Below, one piece after another: positions 18,788 to 26,839 of a DNA stretch of 51,013 nucleotides (its first letter is position 1; each line of letters starts with the position of its first letter). Origin of the DNA: Minisyncoccota bacterium (GTDB taxonomy: Bacteria > Patescibacteriota > Minisyncoccia > UBA6257 > 02-FULL-45-10c); contig DATDXY010000014.1 in assembly GCA_036517155.1 (NCBI GenBank), positions 1 through 51,013 on the forward strand, read 5' to 3'. Both the position numbers and the translations under genes were made by a program. The notes below the pieces were generated by a model. The model did no database searches. It saw only the letters and a list, made by a program, of their open reading frames with translations, and was not told where the DNA came from.

Positions 18788-18952
18788 ATGGCAGGCGTAG
18801 AAGCATATTGCGTAAAATGCAAGGCAAAACGGGAAATGAAAGATGCGAAAGAAGTAAGCATGCAAGGCAAGGGTGGTAAAACCCGAAGAGCAATGACTGG
18901 CACATGCCCAAATTGCGGCACTAAAATGTTCCGTATTATGGGAGCTAAGTAA
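18788..18952 (+). CDS. Small zinc-ribbon protein (DUF5679-like), 54 aa, not in the ORF track
   Basis: MAGVEAYCVKCKAKREMKDAKEVSMQGKGGKTRRAMTGTCPNCGTKMFRIMGAK has the CxxC...CxxC layout and resembles DUF5679 small proteins. It is below the 60-aa track cut-off. Confidence 0.65.
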   Translation: MAGVEAYCVKCKAKREMKDAKEVSMQGKGGKTRRAMTGTCPNCGTKMFRIMGAK

Positions 18953-18982
18953 AAATTAAAATCGATACAACAAATTCTATAT

Positions 18983-19237
18983 ATGGCAAAATCTAATTCT
19001 GCTTTCATGAAACCGATGAATGTCAGTTCGGAGTTGGCGGTGGTAATAGGCAAGGGCCCGATGCCGCGCGCGGAAGTAGTGAAGAAAATCTGGGTGTACA
19101 TCAAACAGCATAATCTTCAGGATCCAAAGAATAAACGGAACATTAATGCCGATGAGGCGTTAAAAAAAGTTTTTGGCGGAAAAGCTACCGTTAATATGTT
19201 TGAAATGACAAAACTCGTTTCAAACCACCTTTCTTAA
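18983..19237 (+). CDS. SWIB/MDM2 domain protein
   Basis: 84 aa. RAEVVKKIWVYIKQHNLQDPKNKRNINADEALKKVFG matches the SWIB domain pattern. Confidence 0.85.
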   Translation: MAKSNSAFMKPMNVSSELAVVIGKGPMPRAEVVKKIWVYIKQHNLQDPKNKRNINADEALKKVFGGKATVNMFEMTKLVSNHLS

Positions 19238-19262
19238 ATTCTGTTTTACAATCTCAAGATAT

Positions 19263-19298
19263 AAAATCCGTCCGCCAGTTGGCGGACGGATTTTGTGT
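19263..19298 (+). terminator. Intrinsic terminator after the SWIB gene
   Basis: AAAATCCGTCCGCC-AGTT-GGCGGACGGATTTT, a 14-bp stem followed by a T-rich tail. Confidence 0.8.
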
Positions 19299-19313
19299 TA
19301 AAGTGTCAGAAAA

Positions 19314-19403
19314 GGAGGGTTCGCATAGTGGTCTAGTGCGCCGCACTCGAAATGCGGTTGGGGAGAAATCCTCTCGAAGGTTCGAATCCTTCACCCTCCG
19401 CCA
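19314..19403 (+). tRNA. tRNA-Ser (anticodon CGA), CCA encoded
   Basis: Acceptor GGAGGGT/ACCCTCC; anticodon arm CCGCA-CTCGAAA-TGCGG; long variable arm; T arm GAAGG-TTCGAAT-CCTTC. Confidence 0.92.
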
Positions 19404-19421
19404 TGATATAATTATCGTATT

Positions 19422-19808
19422 ATGTTTGAGCAATTTAATGCTCGCGCTCAGCAATTAGCGCCAGTGATTGTGCGAGTGGGAGTAGCGTTAGTTTTTCTTT
19501 GGTTCGGCGGATCTCAATTGAATAACGCAACGGATTGGATCGGTTGGCTGCCGAGTTGGGTTTTGAAATTACCAATCGCGCCAACTAATTTTATATATGC
19601 CAACGGAGCGATGGAGGTGTTGTTTGGAGCGATGTTGTTAGTTGGATTATATGTGCGATTTGCCGCATTCGTATTGGCATTACATATGGCGGGGATTGTG
19701 ATATCCGTGGGTTATAACGAAATCGGCGTTCGAGATTTTGGAATTTTATGCGCGACAATTGCCGTCTGGTTATATGGTCCAGATGTGTATAGTTTATATA
19801 AAAAATAA
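19422..19808 (+). CDS. DoxX family membrane protein
   Basis: 128 aa with 4 TM segments. The opening VIVRVGVALVFLWFGGSQL is typical of DoxX. Confidence 0.75.
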   Translation: MFEQFNARAQQLAPVIVRVGVALVFLWFGGSQLNNATDWIGWLPSWVLKLPIAPTNFIYANGAMEVLFGAMLLVGLYVRFAAFVLALHMAGIVISVGYNEIGVRDFGILCATIAVWLYGPDVYSLYKK

Positions 19809-19837
19809 AGCCCCGCATTACTAATATGCGGGGCTTT
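19807..19837. terminator. Bidirectional intrinsic terminator between convergent genes
   Basis: AAAGCCCCGCAT-TACTAAT-ATGCGGGGCTTT, flanked by A-run and T-run. Confidence 0.8.
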
Positions 19838-19848
19838 GGAATTGAGAG

Positions 19849-20160
19849 TTACCGGGCAAGTTGAGCGATCATTGAATGAATTTTTCGATCGAGCACCGCT
19901 TGTTCCGGCTGTTCGGCTTCGCATAATTCATTCAGGGCTTTAATCATTTCGTTGGTATCGCCTCGTTTTTGGGCAGTTTGGATTTTTTGTATATAGCTTG
20001 CTGAATAACCAGTGACTTTGGAACGTTGCAAGATGATGTCTTTTGCCAGGTCTTTGACTGCTGTTTCTACGATGCCATATGCTTTTTCCTCTGGAAGCGC
20101 ATATTTCATTTTTGTTTCAGCAACCAGGTAAGTAACTGGATACAAATCATGAATGCTCAT
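19849..20160 (-). CDS. Hypothetical helical protein, 103 aa
   Basis: A strong SD (AGGAGG, plus-strand CCTCCT 20166-20171) lies 5 nt upstream of the ATG. No motif recognised. Confidence 0.6.
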   Translation of the reverse strand: MSIHDLYPVTYLVAETKMKYALPEEKAYGIVETAVKDLAKDIILQRSKVTGYSASYIQKIQTAQKRGDTNEMIKALNELCEAEQPEQAVLDRKIHSMIAQLAR

Positions 20161-20225
20161 TGTACCTCCTTAGTCTTTATAAGTATTGTAAGGTGCTCGG
20201 ATGCTGTGGGATAGTATGTAAAGAA

Positions 20226-20254
20226 TTGCAATTTTTGTCAAAAATGGTTTAAAT
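20226..20254 (+). promoter_or_regulatory. Candidate sigma70-type promoter for tRNA-Ala(UGC)
   Basis: TTGCAA (20226-20231), 17 nt spacer, TTAAAT (20249-20254). The tRNA starts at 20275. Confidence 0.35.
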
Positions 20255-20274
20255 AAGAAACAACCTAAAATTAT

Positions 20275-20348
20275 GGGCCTATAGCTTAGTGGTAGAGCAC
20301 CCGGTTTGCATCCGGGAGAGAGGAGTTCGATTCTCCTTAGGTCCACCA
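20275..20348 (+). tRNA. tRNA-Ala (anticodon UGC), CCA encoded
   Basis: Acceptor GGGCCTA/TAGGTCC with G3:U70; anticodon arm CCCGG-TTTGCAT-CCGGG; T arm AGGAG-TTCGATT-CTCCT. Confidence 0.93.
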
Positions 20349-20355
20349 AAAACTA

Positions 20356-20386
20356 ATACCGCAGATTTTATCTGCGGTATTTTGTT
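20356..20386. terminator. Intrinsic terminator hairpin, usable from both strands
   Basis: ATACCGCAGAT-TTT-ATCTGCGGTAT followed by TTTGTT. On the minus strand it follows the 82-aa gene. Confidence 0.7.
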
Positions 20387-20393
20387 AGAAGTC

Positions 20394-20642
20394 CTAGATG
20401 GTCATTGATTTCAGAAGTGTTTCTGGCGATATTTCTTGCGCTCGGCGAAGTTTCGGATCATCCAAGGCGATTCTCCTTTTCTGACTAGTTGTTTGGATTT
20501 TATTTTTCTCCAGTGGAAAATGCAATAAGATTTCATTTGAAGTAAATGAATCTTTTTTGAGTACTTCCACTTGTGGATTTTTTAAGTTGCAATCTTTGAA
20601 TCGCACAACCCTGAATTCACCGATAATCTTTATTATCTCCAT
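20394..20642 (-). CDS. Hypothetical protein, 82 aa
   Basis: SD AGGAG lies upstream of the ATG and the ORF is followed by the terminator. No motif recognised. Confidence 0.5.
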   Translation of the reverse strand: MEIIKIIGEFRVVRFKDCNLKNPQVEVLKKDSFTSNEILLHFPLEKNKIQTTSQKRRIALDDPKLRRAQEISPETLLKSMTI

Positions 20643-20732
20643 GTACAGCTCCTTTCAAAAAAGTTTCCTATTTTCATTTTAGAGAATAATTTCTAAATAA
20701 GAAAGAAAAAAATGTGCATAAAAAAATTTATT

Positions 20733-21449
20733 CTAATTTGCTTTTGCAATAACCAGCGCAATAATTTTTTTCGCGCCAGCAAATTTCAATGTACGTACCG
20801 CTTCATTCATGGTAGCGCCAGACGTGAAAACATCATCAACAACAATTATTTTTTTATTTTGAATAATCGTTAGATTACTGACTTGAAAACAATCGGCCAC
20901 ATTGGTTATTTTTTTGTCGGAATCTTTCAACGTAGTTTGAGTATGGGTTGGTTTAACGCGAATTAGCGTGTCAGAAAATATCGGCAGAAATAATTTTTCC
21001 GACACATATTGAGCGACTAATTCGCTTTGATTAAAACCGCGTTCCCGTTGGCGGTTGGTATATAACGGGATTGGGATGAGTACATAATCGGATAAGTCAT
21101 ATTGTATGCCATTTAAGTATTGGGCAAGTAAATTGCCCAATACTGAAGCCAGCGAACGCCATTTTTGATATTTGAAATGCCAAATCAATGCGCGTATGAC
21201 TGGATTTTGATAATCTGTTGCCGCCGCCAAAAAATAATTTGCGTTGGAATGACAAGTATGTTGTGAATTCGGCAAACGGCGAACGCAGACCGGACAAAAG
21301 AAAGCAGAGTGAAGATGAATGGAGGCAAAACAATTATTGCATAGATGATGTGGCGTGGATTGATTACCAAGATCTTTGCCACAATGAATACAGACCGGCG
21401 GGAAGAGAATGGCGAGTAAAAAATGTTTTGCCTTTAGAAGGAAGCTCAT
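20733..21449 (-). CDS. comFC: ComF family protein (ComFC-type phosphoribosyltransferase-like competence protein)
   Basis: N-terminal Cys4 zinc finger (CIHCGK...CNNC / CPVC). PRT motif KKIIVVDDVFTSGATMNE and ERGFNQSELVA are present. Confidence 0.85.
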   Translation of the reverse strand: MSFLLKAKHFLLAILFPPVCIHCGKDLGNQSTPHHLCNNCFASIHLHSAFFCPVCVRRLPNSQHTCHSNANYFLAAATDYQNPVIRALIWHFKYQKWRSLASVLGNLLAQYLNGIQYDLSDYVLIPIPLYTNRQRERGFNQSELVAQYVSEKLFLPIFSDTLIRVKPTHTQTTLKDSDKKITNVADCFQVSNLTIIQNKKIIVVDDVFTSGATMNEAVRTLKFAGAKKIIALVIAKAN

Positions 21450-21452
21450 CTC

Positions 21453-21461
21453 TGGTATAAT
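21453..21461 (+). promoter_or_regulatory. Extended -10 element (TGgTATAAT) 12 nt upstream of the pilM ATG
   Basis: TGGTATAAT sits in the 24-nt comFC/pilM divergent gap. No SD is present, which implies a very short leader. Confidence 0.45.
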
Positions 21462-21473
21462 TTAATAATACCT

Positions 21474-22547
21474 ATGTTGAGTTTATTTAGAAAATTTCTT
21501 CCGAACAAGTCATATCTTGGCGTGGACATCGGCACGACTTCCGTAAAGGTAGTGGAATTGGCAAAAAATAATAACCGGCCGACTTTAACGACTTATGGTT
21601 TGTTGGAAAGTTATGGGCATTTGGAACGGTTAAACAATGCGATTCAAACTAGCGGCTTTCAAATGATTGAACAAGAAACTGCCAACCTTTTGAAAATGGC
21701 CGTGAAGCACGCCGATACCAGCACGAAATCAGCGATTGCGTCTTTGCCGTCTTTTTCCGCGTTTACTTCGCTTTTAGAAATGCCAATGATGTCCAGCGAA
21801 GATACTACGCAAGCAATGACGTTTCAAGTAAAACAATATGTGCCGTTGCCGATCACTCAAGTAACGATTGATTGGTTAAAAGTAGGCGAACGGCAAGATG
21901 AGCAGGGGAATAAAAAACAGCAAGTGTTGCTGATTTCTGTGCCGAATGACGTCATAAAAAAATATCAGTCCATTTTTAAAATAGCTGGTTTAGAATTAAT
22001 CGCGTTGGAAGTGGAAGGATTAAGTTCAGCGAGAAGTTTAACTGCCAATGTGAATGAGCTATCCTTGATTATTGATATCGGTTCCCGTTCGACTGGCATA
22101 GCCATTGCTCAAAATGGCTTTTTAAAATTTATAGGACAAACTGATTTTGCCGGCGGTTCGCTGACACAAACCATTGCTAGCGGGCTGAATATCCGCGTTC
22201 GGCGCGCGGAAGATTTGAAGAAATTACGCGGCTTAATTGGCACGGGCGGAGAGTACGAGTTATCCACACTCATGCTGCCAATTTTGGATGTTATAATTAG
22301 TGAAGCGAAACGAGTCAAGGACAACTTTGAACGGTCCTATGGCGATACCGTAAAACGGGTAATTCTTTCTGGCGGAGGAGCGAATTTAGCCGGTATTGAA
22401 AAGTATGTATCCGGAGAAATGAATTTGCCGGTCACCAAAGCGAATCCGTTTTCTTTAGTTACCTACCCGCCAGAAATTGAATCGCTAGTAAAAGATTTGG
22501 GTCCAGAATTTTCCGTAGCGATTGGACTCGCCATCCGAAATTTATAG
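21474..22547 (+). CDS. pilM: Type IV pilus assembly protein PilM (actin-like ATPase fold)
   Basis: N-terminus SYLGVDIGTTSVKVVEL; 357 aa; first gene of the pilMNO-type array. Confidence 0.87.
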   Translation: MLSLFRKFLPNKSYLGVDIGTTSVKVVELAKNNNRPTLTTYGLLESYGHLERLNNAIQTSGFQMIEQETANLLKMAVKHADTSTKSAIASLPSFSAFTSLLEMPMMSSEDTTQAMTFQVKQYVPLPITQVTIDWLKVGERQDEQGNKKQQVLLISVPNDVIKKYQSIFKIAGLELIALEVEGLSSARSLTANVNELSLIIDIGSRSTGIAIAQNGFLKFIGQTDFAGGSLTQTIASGLNIRVRRAEDLKKLRGLIGTGGEYELSTLMLPILDVIISEAKRVKDNFERSYGDTVKRVILSGGGANLAGIEKYVSGEMNLPVTKANPFSLVTYPPEIESLVKDLGPEFSVAIGLAIRNL

Positions 22548-22569
22548 AACCTATTTTAATAATATATTC

Positions 22570-23124
22570 ATGCCCACACTTACTCCTTCGGGGTACTCAC
22601 AAGATTTAGCTCAGCAGTTTAAGCCGGAAAAATTGCCCGTCGGCTGGCCATGGCGGCTTTTTACTTTTTCCGGATTTTTATTTTTAGCGGCAATCTTGGT
22701 ATTTACTGGTTTGGCGTTTGGGTACGATCCGTTTTTAAATAGCCAGATTAAAAACGTGGAACAGCAACAGAACGCCATCGCGCAAAAAATTACCCCAGAA
22801 CAAGAAGCAAATCTTATTCGTTCATATTCGCAAGTGGCAAATGTGCAAGAGCTTTTGCAAAGACACGTAACGTCATCGCCAGTGTTCACTTGGTTAGAAT
22901 CCATTACTCATCCGCGCGTATATTTCCAAACCGCGGATATGAAAGTGCCGGAGCGGCAATTGGTGTTGGATGGTGCGGCAGATTCATTTCAAGTACTAAG
23001 CGAACAATTGACGGCGATTGACCGCGATTCGGCTGTATCGCGGTATATGTTAAATCAATCACAATTTTCCGAAGGAGCGGTGCAGTTTAAAATCACTATT
23101 ACTTTTAAAGAATCAATTTTTTAA
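22570..23124 (+). CDS. pilN: PilN-like bitopic inner-membrane pilus alignment protein
   Basis: Trimmed to ATG 22570. It has a single TM (WRLFTFSGFLFLAAILVFTGLAF) followed by a periplasmic-type domain, and lies directly after pilM. Confidence 0.55.
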   Translation: MPTLTPSGYSQDLAQQFKPEKLPVGWPWRLFTFSGFLFLAAILVFTGLAFGYDPFLNSQIKNVEQQQNAIAQKITPEQEANLIRSYSQVANVQELLQRHVTSSPVFTWLESITHPRVYFQTADMKVPERQLVLDGAADSFQVLSEQLTAIDRDSAVSRYMLNQSQFSEGAVQFKITITFKESIF

Positions 23125-23693
23125 TGAAAGGTTCCACTAAAAGGGCATTGAGTTTATTGTTGACTGGCGCGCTGATTATCGGCGCTTTTGTGGTGTATGC
23201 GTCCTTGATCCGTCCCGAATATGCCGCGATTCAAGAAAAACGGGCCATACTGAAAGAAAAAACTGATATGTACAATCGCCAGTCTGCGGCAATTACTCAA
23301 TTAGAGCAATTAGAACAATCCCGACAGCGCCAACAGCAACAACAAGCCCAATTAGCTTCAGCATTACCGTCTCGCGAAAACGTTGCCGAGGTGGTTGGCC
23401 AACTGCAGGCTATTGCGCAAGCCACCGGAGTTACGATTCAGGGCGTGGGATTAGAATATCTGCCAATTCGCCAAAACGCGGATGAGGCGGGGATTATTAA
23501 AGGCATTGGCGGATTGCGATTGAATGTAAAACTATTCAGCCCTTACGAATCTTTCAAGAAATTTTTAGAATCACTGGAAACGAATATTCGCATTATGGAT
23601 TTAACCAATGCCCACACTGAACATGCCGGCCGACCGGAGCAAAACTTATTTATCCATACCTTAACCGTCGATACGTACTATCAAGCGCAATAA
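23124..23693 (+). CDS. pilO: PilO-like bitopic pilus alignment protein
   Basis: Single TM followed by a coiled-coil (Q-rich: QLEQLEQSRQRQQQQQAQ) and an alpha/beta domain. Its start overlaps the pilN stop (TAATG). Confidence 0.55.
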   Translation: MKGSTKRALSLLLTGALIIGAFVVYASLIRPEYAAIQEKRAILKEKTDMYNRQSAAITQLEQLEQSRQRQQQQQAQLASALPSRENVAEVVGQLQAIAQATGVTIQGVGLEYLPIRQNADEAGIIKGIGGLRLNVKLFSPYESFKKFLESLETNIRIMDLTNAHTEHAGRPEQNLFIHTLTVDTYYQAQ

Positions 23694-23709
23694 ATAATCT
23701 ACATATAAT

Positions 23710-23997
23710 ATGGCAATTGTCTTACAAGAAGAAAAAAGTCCGATAAATTGGACTATGACGGTGGGAATCATATTAACCCTAGCGGTGCTAATTGGCGGCG
23801 CGTATGTTTTGTTTTTTGCGCCGGTTCCGCAAATTGAATCCATTCTTCCGAAAAGCCAGCAAGTAACCGAAGAACTCGCTAAAGTATCTTTAGATCCGGC
23901 GGTAGTGCTTGGCAAAGAAGAATTTAAACGGCTGCGCCAGTATTCCGGCGTGCCGGTTACCGGCCAACTGGGTCGCAATAATCCGTTTGTAAAATAA
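23710..23997 (+). CDS. Small bitopic membrane protein of the pilus operon (95 aa)
   Basis: Single TM (WTMTVGIILTLAVLIGGAYVLFFA). Its stop overlaps the pilB ATG. Confidence 0.55.
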   Translation: MAIVLQEEKSPINWTMTVGIILTLAVLIGGAYVLFFAPVPQIESILPKSQQVTEELAKVSLDPAVVLGKEEFKRLRQYSGVPVTGQLGRNNPFVK

Positions 23998-25733
23998 TGG
24001 ATGATAAAACTTTACTGGATATTCTAGTGAGCCAGAATCTTTTGGCTCGCGATACAGCTGACAAGCTATTAAAAGAAGCCGCGATGGTTCGAAAAAGCGC
24101 CGAAACGCTTTTATATGAACGCCGGATTATCGGCGAGCTTGAGGTGGCAAAAATTAAAAGCCAATTGCTTAAAATTCCTTTTAAACGCGTGGAAATTGAA
24201 GCAATTGATGCCAGTTTATTGCAGGCAATACCGGAAGAAATCGCCCGCACCTATAAATTGATACCCATGTCTCGAACGAAAGACATGCTGGTTATTGGTA
24301 TGCTGCGCCCGGATGATCCGAAAGCGCAAGACGCGCTTCGTTTCATCGCTAAACAACAGCGCATTAATTTAGGAGTTTATTTGATTACTCCGGGCGACTT
24401 GGAATTAACCTTGCGGAAATATTCTCCATTTAAAGACGAGGTAGAAGCAGCGGTAAAATCTTTACGAATTAAGCCCAATGCTAATTCTGGAAACGAACGC
24501 TTGATTCAACTGGAAGAGGGGGTTTCGGTTTCCGAAGAAGCGCCGGTCATTAAAATTGTTGCTTCCACTTTGCGGGAAGCGGTGAACATCGGTGCCTCGG
24601 ATATTCACATTGAACCACAAAGGACGAAATTGCGAATTCGTTTTCGAATTGACGGCGACTTGCAAGAAGTGCAGGAAATGCCGGTGGAATTGCACCAGCC
24701 GATTGTCTCCCGCGTGAAAGTGATGGCGGATTTAAAGATTGATGAAAATCGCGTGCCGCAAGACGGCCGGTTTCGCAGTGTGGTCTTCGGGAAAGACATT
24801 GATTTTCGCGTGGCGACCTTTCCTACCCCTGTCGGTGAAAAAGTGGCTATTCGCGTATTAGATCCGACCACGGGCTTGAAGAGTCTGGATGATTTGGGAT
24901 TGGTAGGCGTCAATTCGGAAATAGTAAAAGAAGGCATTGAAAAGCCGTATGGCATGGTGCTCATTACTGGCCCGACCGGCTCCGGAAAAACCACTACGCT
25001 GTACGCATTGATGCAAATTTTAAATAAACCGGATGTCAATATCGTCAGCTTGGAGGATCCGGTAGAATATTATATGGATGGTTTGAATCAATCGCAGGTG
25101 AAACCGGAAATCGGTTATGATTTTGCCGCTGGCCTTCGGCAGATTTTACGCCAAGATCCGGATATTATTATGGTTGGGGAAATTCGAGATACGGAAACTG
25201 CTGGCTTGGCGGTGCACGCCGCGTTGACCGGCCATATTGTGCTTTCTACGTTGCATACCAATAATTCCACTAGCGTTATCCCTCGGCTTTTGGATATGAA
25301 AGTAGACGGTTTTCTTTTACCGTCTTCCCTGAATTTAATGCTAGCTCAGCGATTATTGCCGAAGTTATGCGATAAATGCCGCAAGGCGGAAGCGCCGGCA
25401 GATTCGATTTTAGAAATTATTAAAAAGGAAATGGAAAAATTGCCAGCGAATATCAAAAATAAATTAAAAACCCGCGAAGCGTATAAAATTTATCACGCGC
25501 CCGGCTGTTCGGTGTGTAAGAATAAAGGCGTGGTAGGGCGAATCGCTATCTTTGAAGTTTTGAAAATGACTTCCCAACTGTCGGACATTATTAGCAATAG
25601 TCCGACCGAAGCAAAAATTTCTGAAGAAGCAAAGCGTCAGGGAATGATTACCATGCGCCAAGACGGAATTCTGAAAGCGTTGGAAGGTACTGTCAGTATT
25701 GAAGAAGTATTAAGAGAGACGTCGGAAATATGA
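23997..25733 (+). CDS. pilB: Type IV pilus assembly (extension) ATPase PilB/GspE family
   Basis: N-terminal GSPII_E_N-like domain; Walker A GPTGSGKTT; Asp/His boxes; tetracysteine CDKC...CSVC. Confidence 0.93.
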   Translation: MDDKTLLDILVSQNLLARDTADKLLKEAAMVRKSAETLLYERRIIGELEVAKIKSQLLKIPFKRVEIEAIDASLLQAIPEEIARTYKLIPMSRTKDMLVIGMLRPDDPKAQDALRFIAKQQRINLGVYLITPGDLELTLRKYSPFKDEVEAAVKSLRIKPNANSGNERLIQLEEGVSVSEEAPVIKIVASTLREAVNIGASDIHIEPQRTKLRIRFRIDGDLQEVQEMPVELHQPIVSRVKVMADLKIDENRVPQDGRFRSVVFGKDIDFRVATFPTPVGEKVAIRVLDPTTGLKSLDDLGLVGVNSEIVKEGIEKPYGMVLITGPTGSGKTTTLYALMQILNKPDVNIVSLEDPVEYYMDGLNQSQVKPEIGYDFAAGLRQILRQDPDIIMVGEIRDTETAGLAVHAALTGHIVLSTLHTNNSTSVIPRLLDMKVDGFLLPSSLNLMLAQRLLPKLCDKCRKAEAPADSILEIIKKEMEKLPANIKNKLKTREAYKIYHAPGCSVCKNKGVVGRIAIFEVLKMTSQLSDIISNSPTEAKISEEAKRQGMITMRQDGILKALEGTVSIEEVLRETSEI

Positions 25734-25758
25734 TAAGATATTATTATCAATATAAAGT

Positions 25759-26829
25759 ATGAATTATAAAGAAAAACTTTCGGAATTATTGTTAACTACT
25801 GCTCGGCAAAATGCTTCCGATTTGCACATTGCGGTTGGCAGAAAACCAACGCTTCGGATTGATGGCGTGTTAATTGGTTTGCAAAAAGAAGCAGTGTTGA
25901 CACCGGCGGATACCGAAGGATTGGTACTAGCGATGCTCACCGCGGAACAAAAAGAAATTTTTCTTCGCGACAAGCAATTGGATTTGGCTTATTCTTTTGA
26001 AGATAAAGCGCGATTTCGAGTGAACGTTTATTTTCAACGCGGCTATATGGCGGCGGCGCTGCGTTTGATTCCGGCAAAAATCAGCACGATTGAAGAGCTG
26101 GGTTTGCCGCCAATTCTCCATGAGTTTGCCCGTTTGTCCCAGGGATTTGTGCTGGTGGTGGGACCGGCCGGGCATGGAAAATCCACAACCCTCGCATCTA
26201 TGTTGGATGAAGTGAATCACCAACGCACCGACCACATCATTACTGTTGAAGACCCGATTGAATATTTATTTGTTCAGGATCGTTGCATTATTTCTCAACG
26301 GGAAGTGCGTTTGGATACCGCAAGTTTCAGCGATGCCTTGCGGACAGTCTTACGGCAAGATCCAGACGTGTTAATGGTGGGGGAAATGCGGGATGCAGAA
26401 TCTATCGCAACCGCAATGACCGCCGCGGAAACTGGCCACTTGGTTTTATCCACTTTGCATACCAATTCCGCGTCACAAACCATTGATCGCATCATTGATA
26501 GTTTTCCGCCGGGCCAACAGGGCCAGGTCACTTCTCAGCTTGCGGCAACGTTGGTGGGTATTGTGTCCGAGCGCCTAGTGCCGCGAATTGACGGCGGCCG
26601 CGTTCCGGCCTGCGAAATTATGCTTACCAATGCCGCGATTAGGAATTTAATTCGAGAAAGAAAGTCCTATCAAATTGATTTGGTGATTGAAACTAGCATG
26701 CAAGAGGGGATGATTACCCTAAATCGTTCCTTGTCGGATCTGGTCAGAAAAAAACAGATTTCTATGGAGAATGCCGAGTTGTATTCTCTTAATCCAGCCG
26801 AGCTTCGAATTTTATTAGAGCGAAATTAG
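25759..26829 (+). CDS. pilT: Type IV pilus retraction ATPase PilT
   Basis: Walker A GPAGHGKST; PilT signature AIRNLIRE; 356 aa. Confidence 0.92.
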   Translation: MNYKEKLSELLLTTARQNASDLHIAVGRKPTLRIDGVLIGLQKEAVLTPADTEGLVLAMLTAEQKEIFLRDKQLDLAYSFEDKARFRVNVYFQRGYMAAALRLIPAKISTIEELGLPPILHEFARLSQGFVLVVGPAGHGKSTTLASMLDEVNHQRTDHIITVEDPIEYLFVQDRCIISQREVRLDTASFSDALRTVLRQDPDVLMVGEMRDAESIATAMTAAETGHLVLSTLHTNSASQTIDRIIDSFPPGQQGQVTSQLAATLVGIVSERLVPRIDGGRVPACEIMLTNAAIRNLIRERKSYQIDLVIETSMQEGMITLNRSLSDLVRKKQISMENAELYSLNPAELRILLERN

Positions 26830-26839
26830 CAAGAATTGT

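Noticed and set aside
18549-19104. Minus-strand ORFs 18549..18749 (66 aa) and 18772..19104 (110 aa).
   Set aside because: The first lies inside the structured RNA candidate. The second is antisense to the zinc-ribbon and SWIB genes, which have recognisable domains. Neither has an SD.
19254-19454. A 66-aa minus-strand ORF.
   Set aside because: It overlaps tRNA-Ser(CGA) and the terminator hairpin, so it is an artefact.
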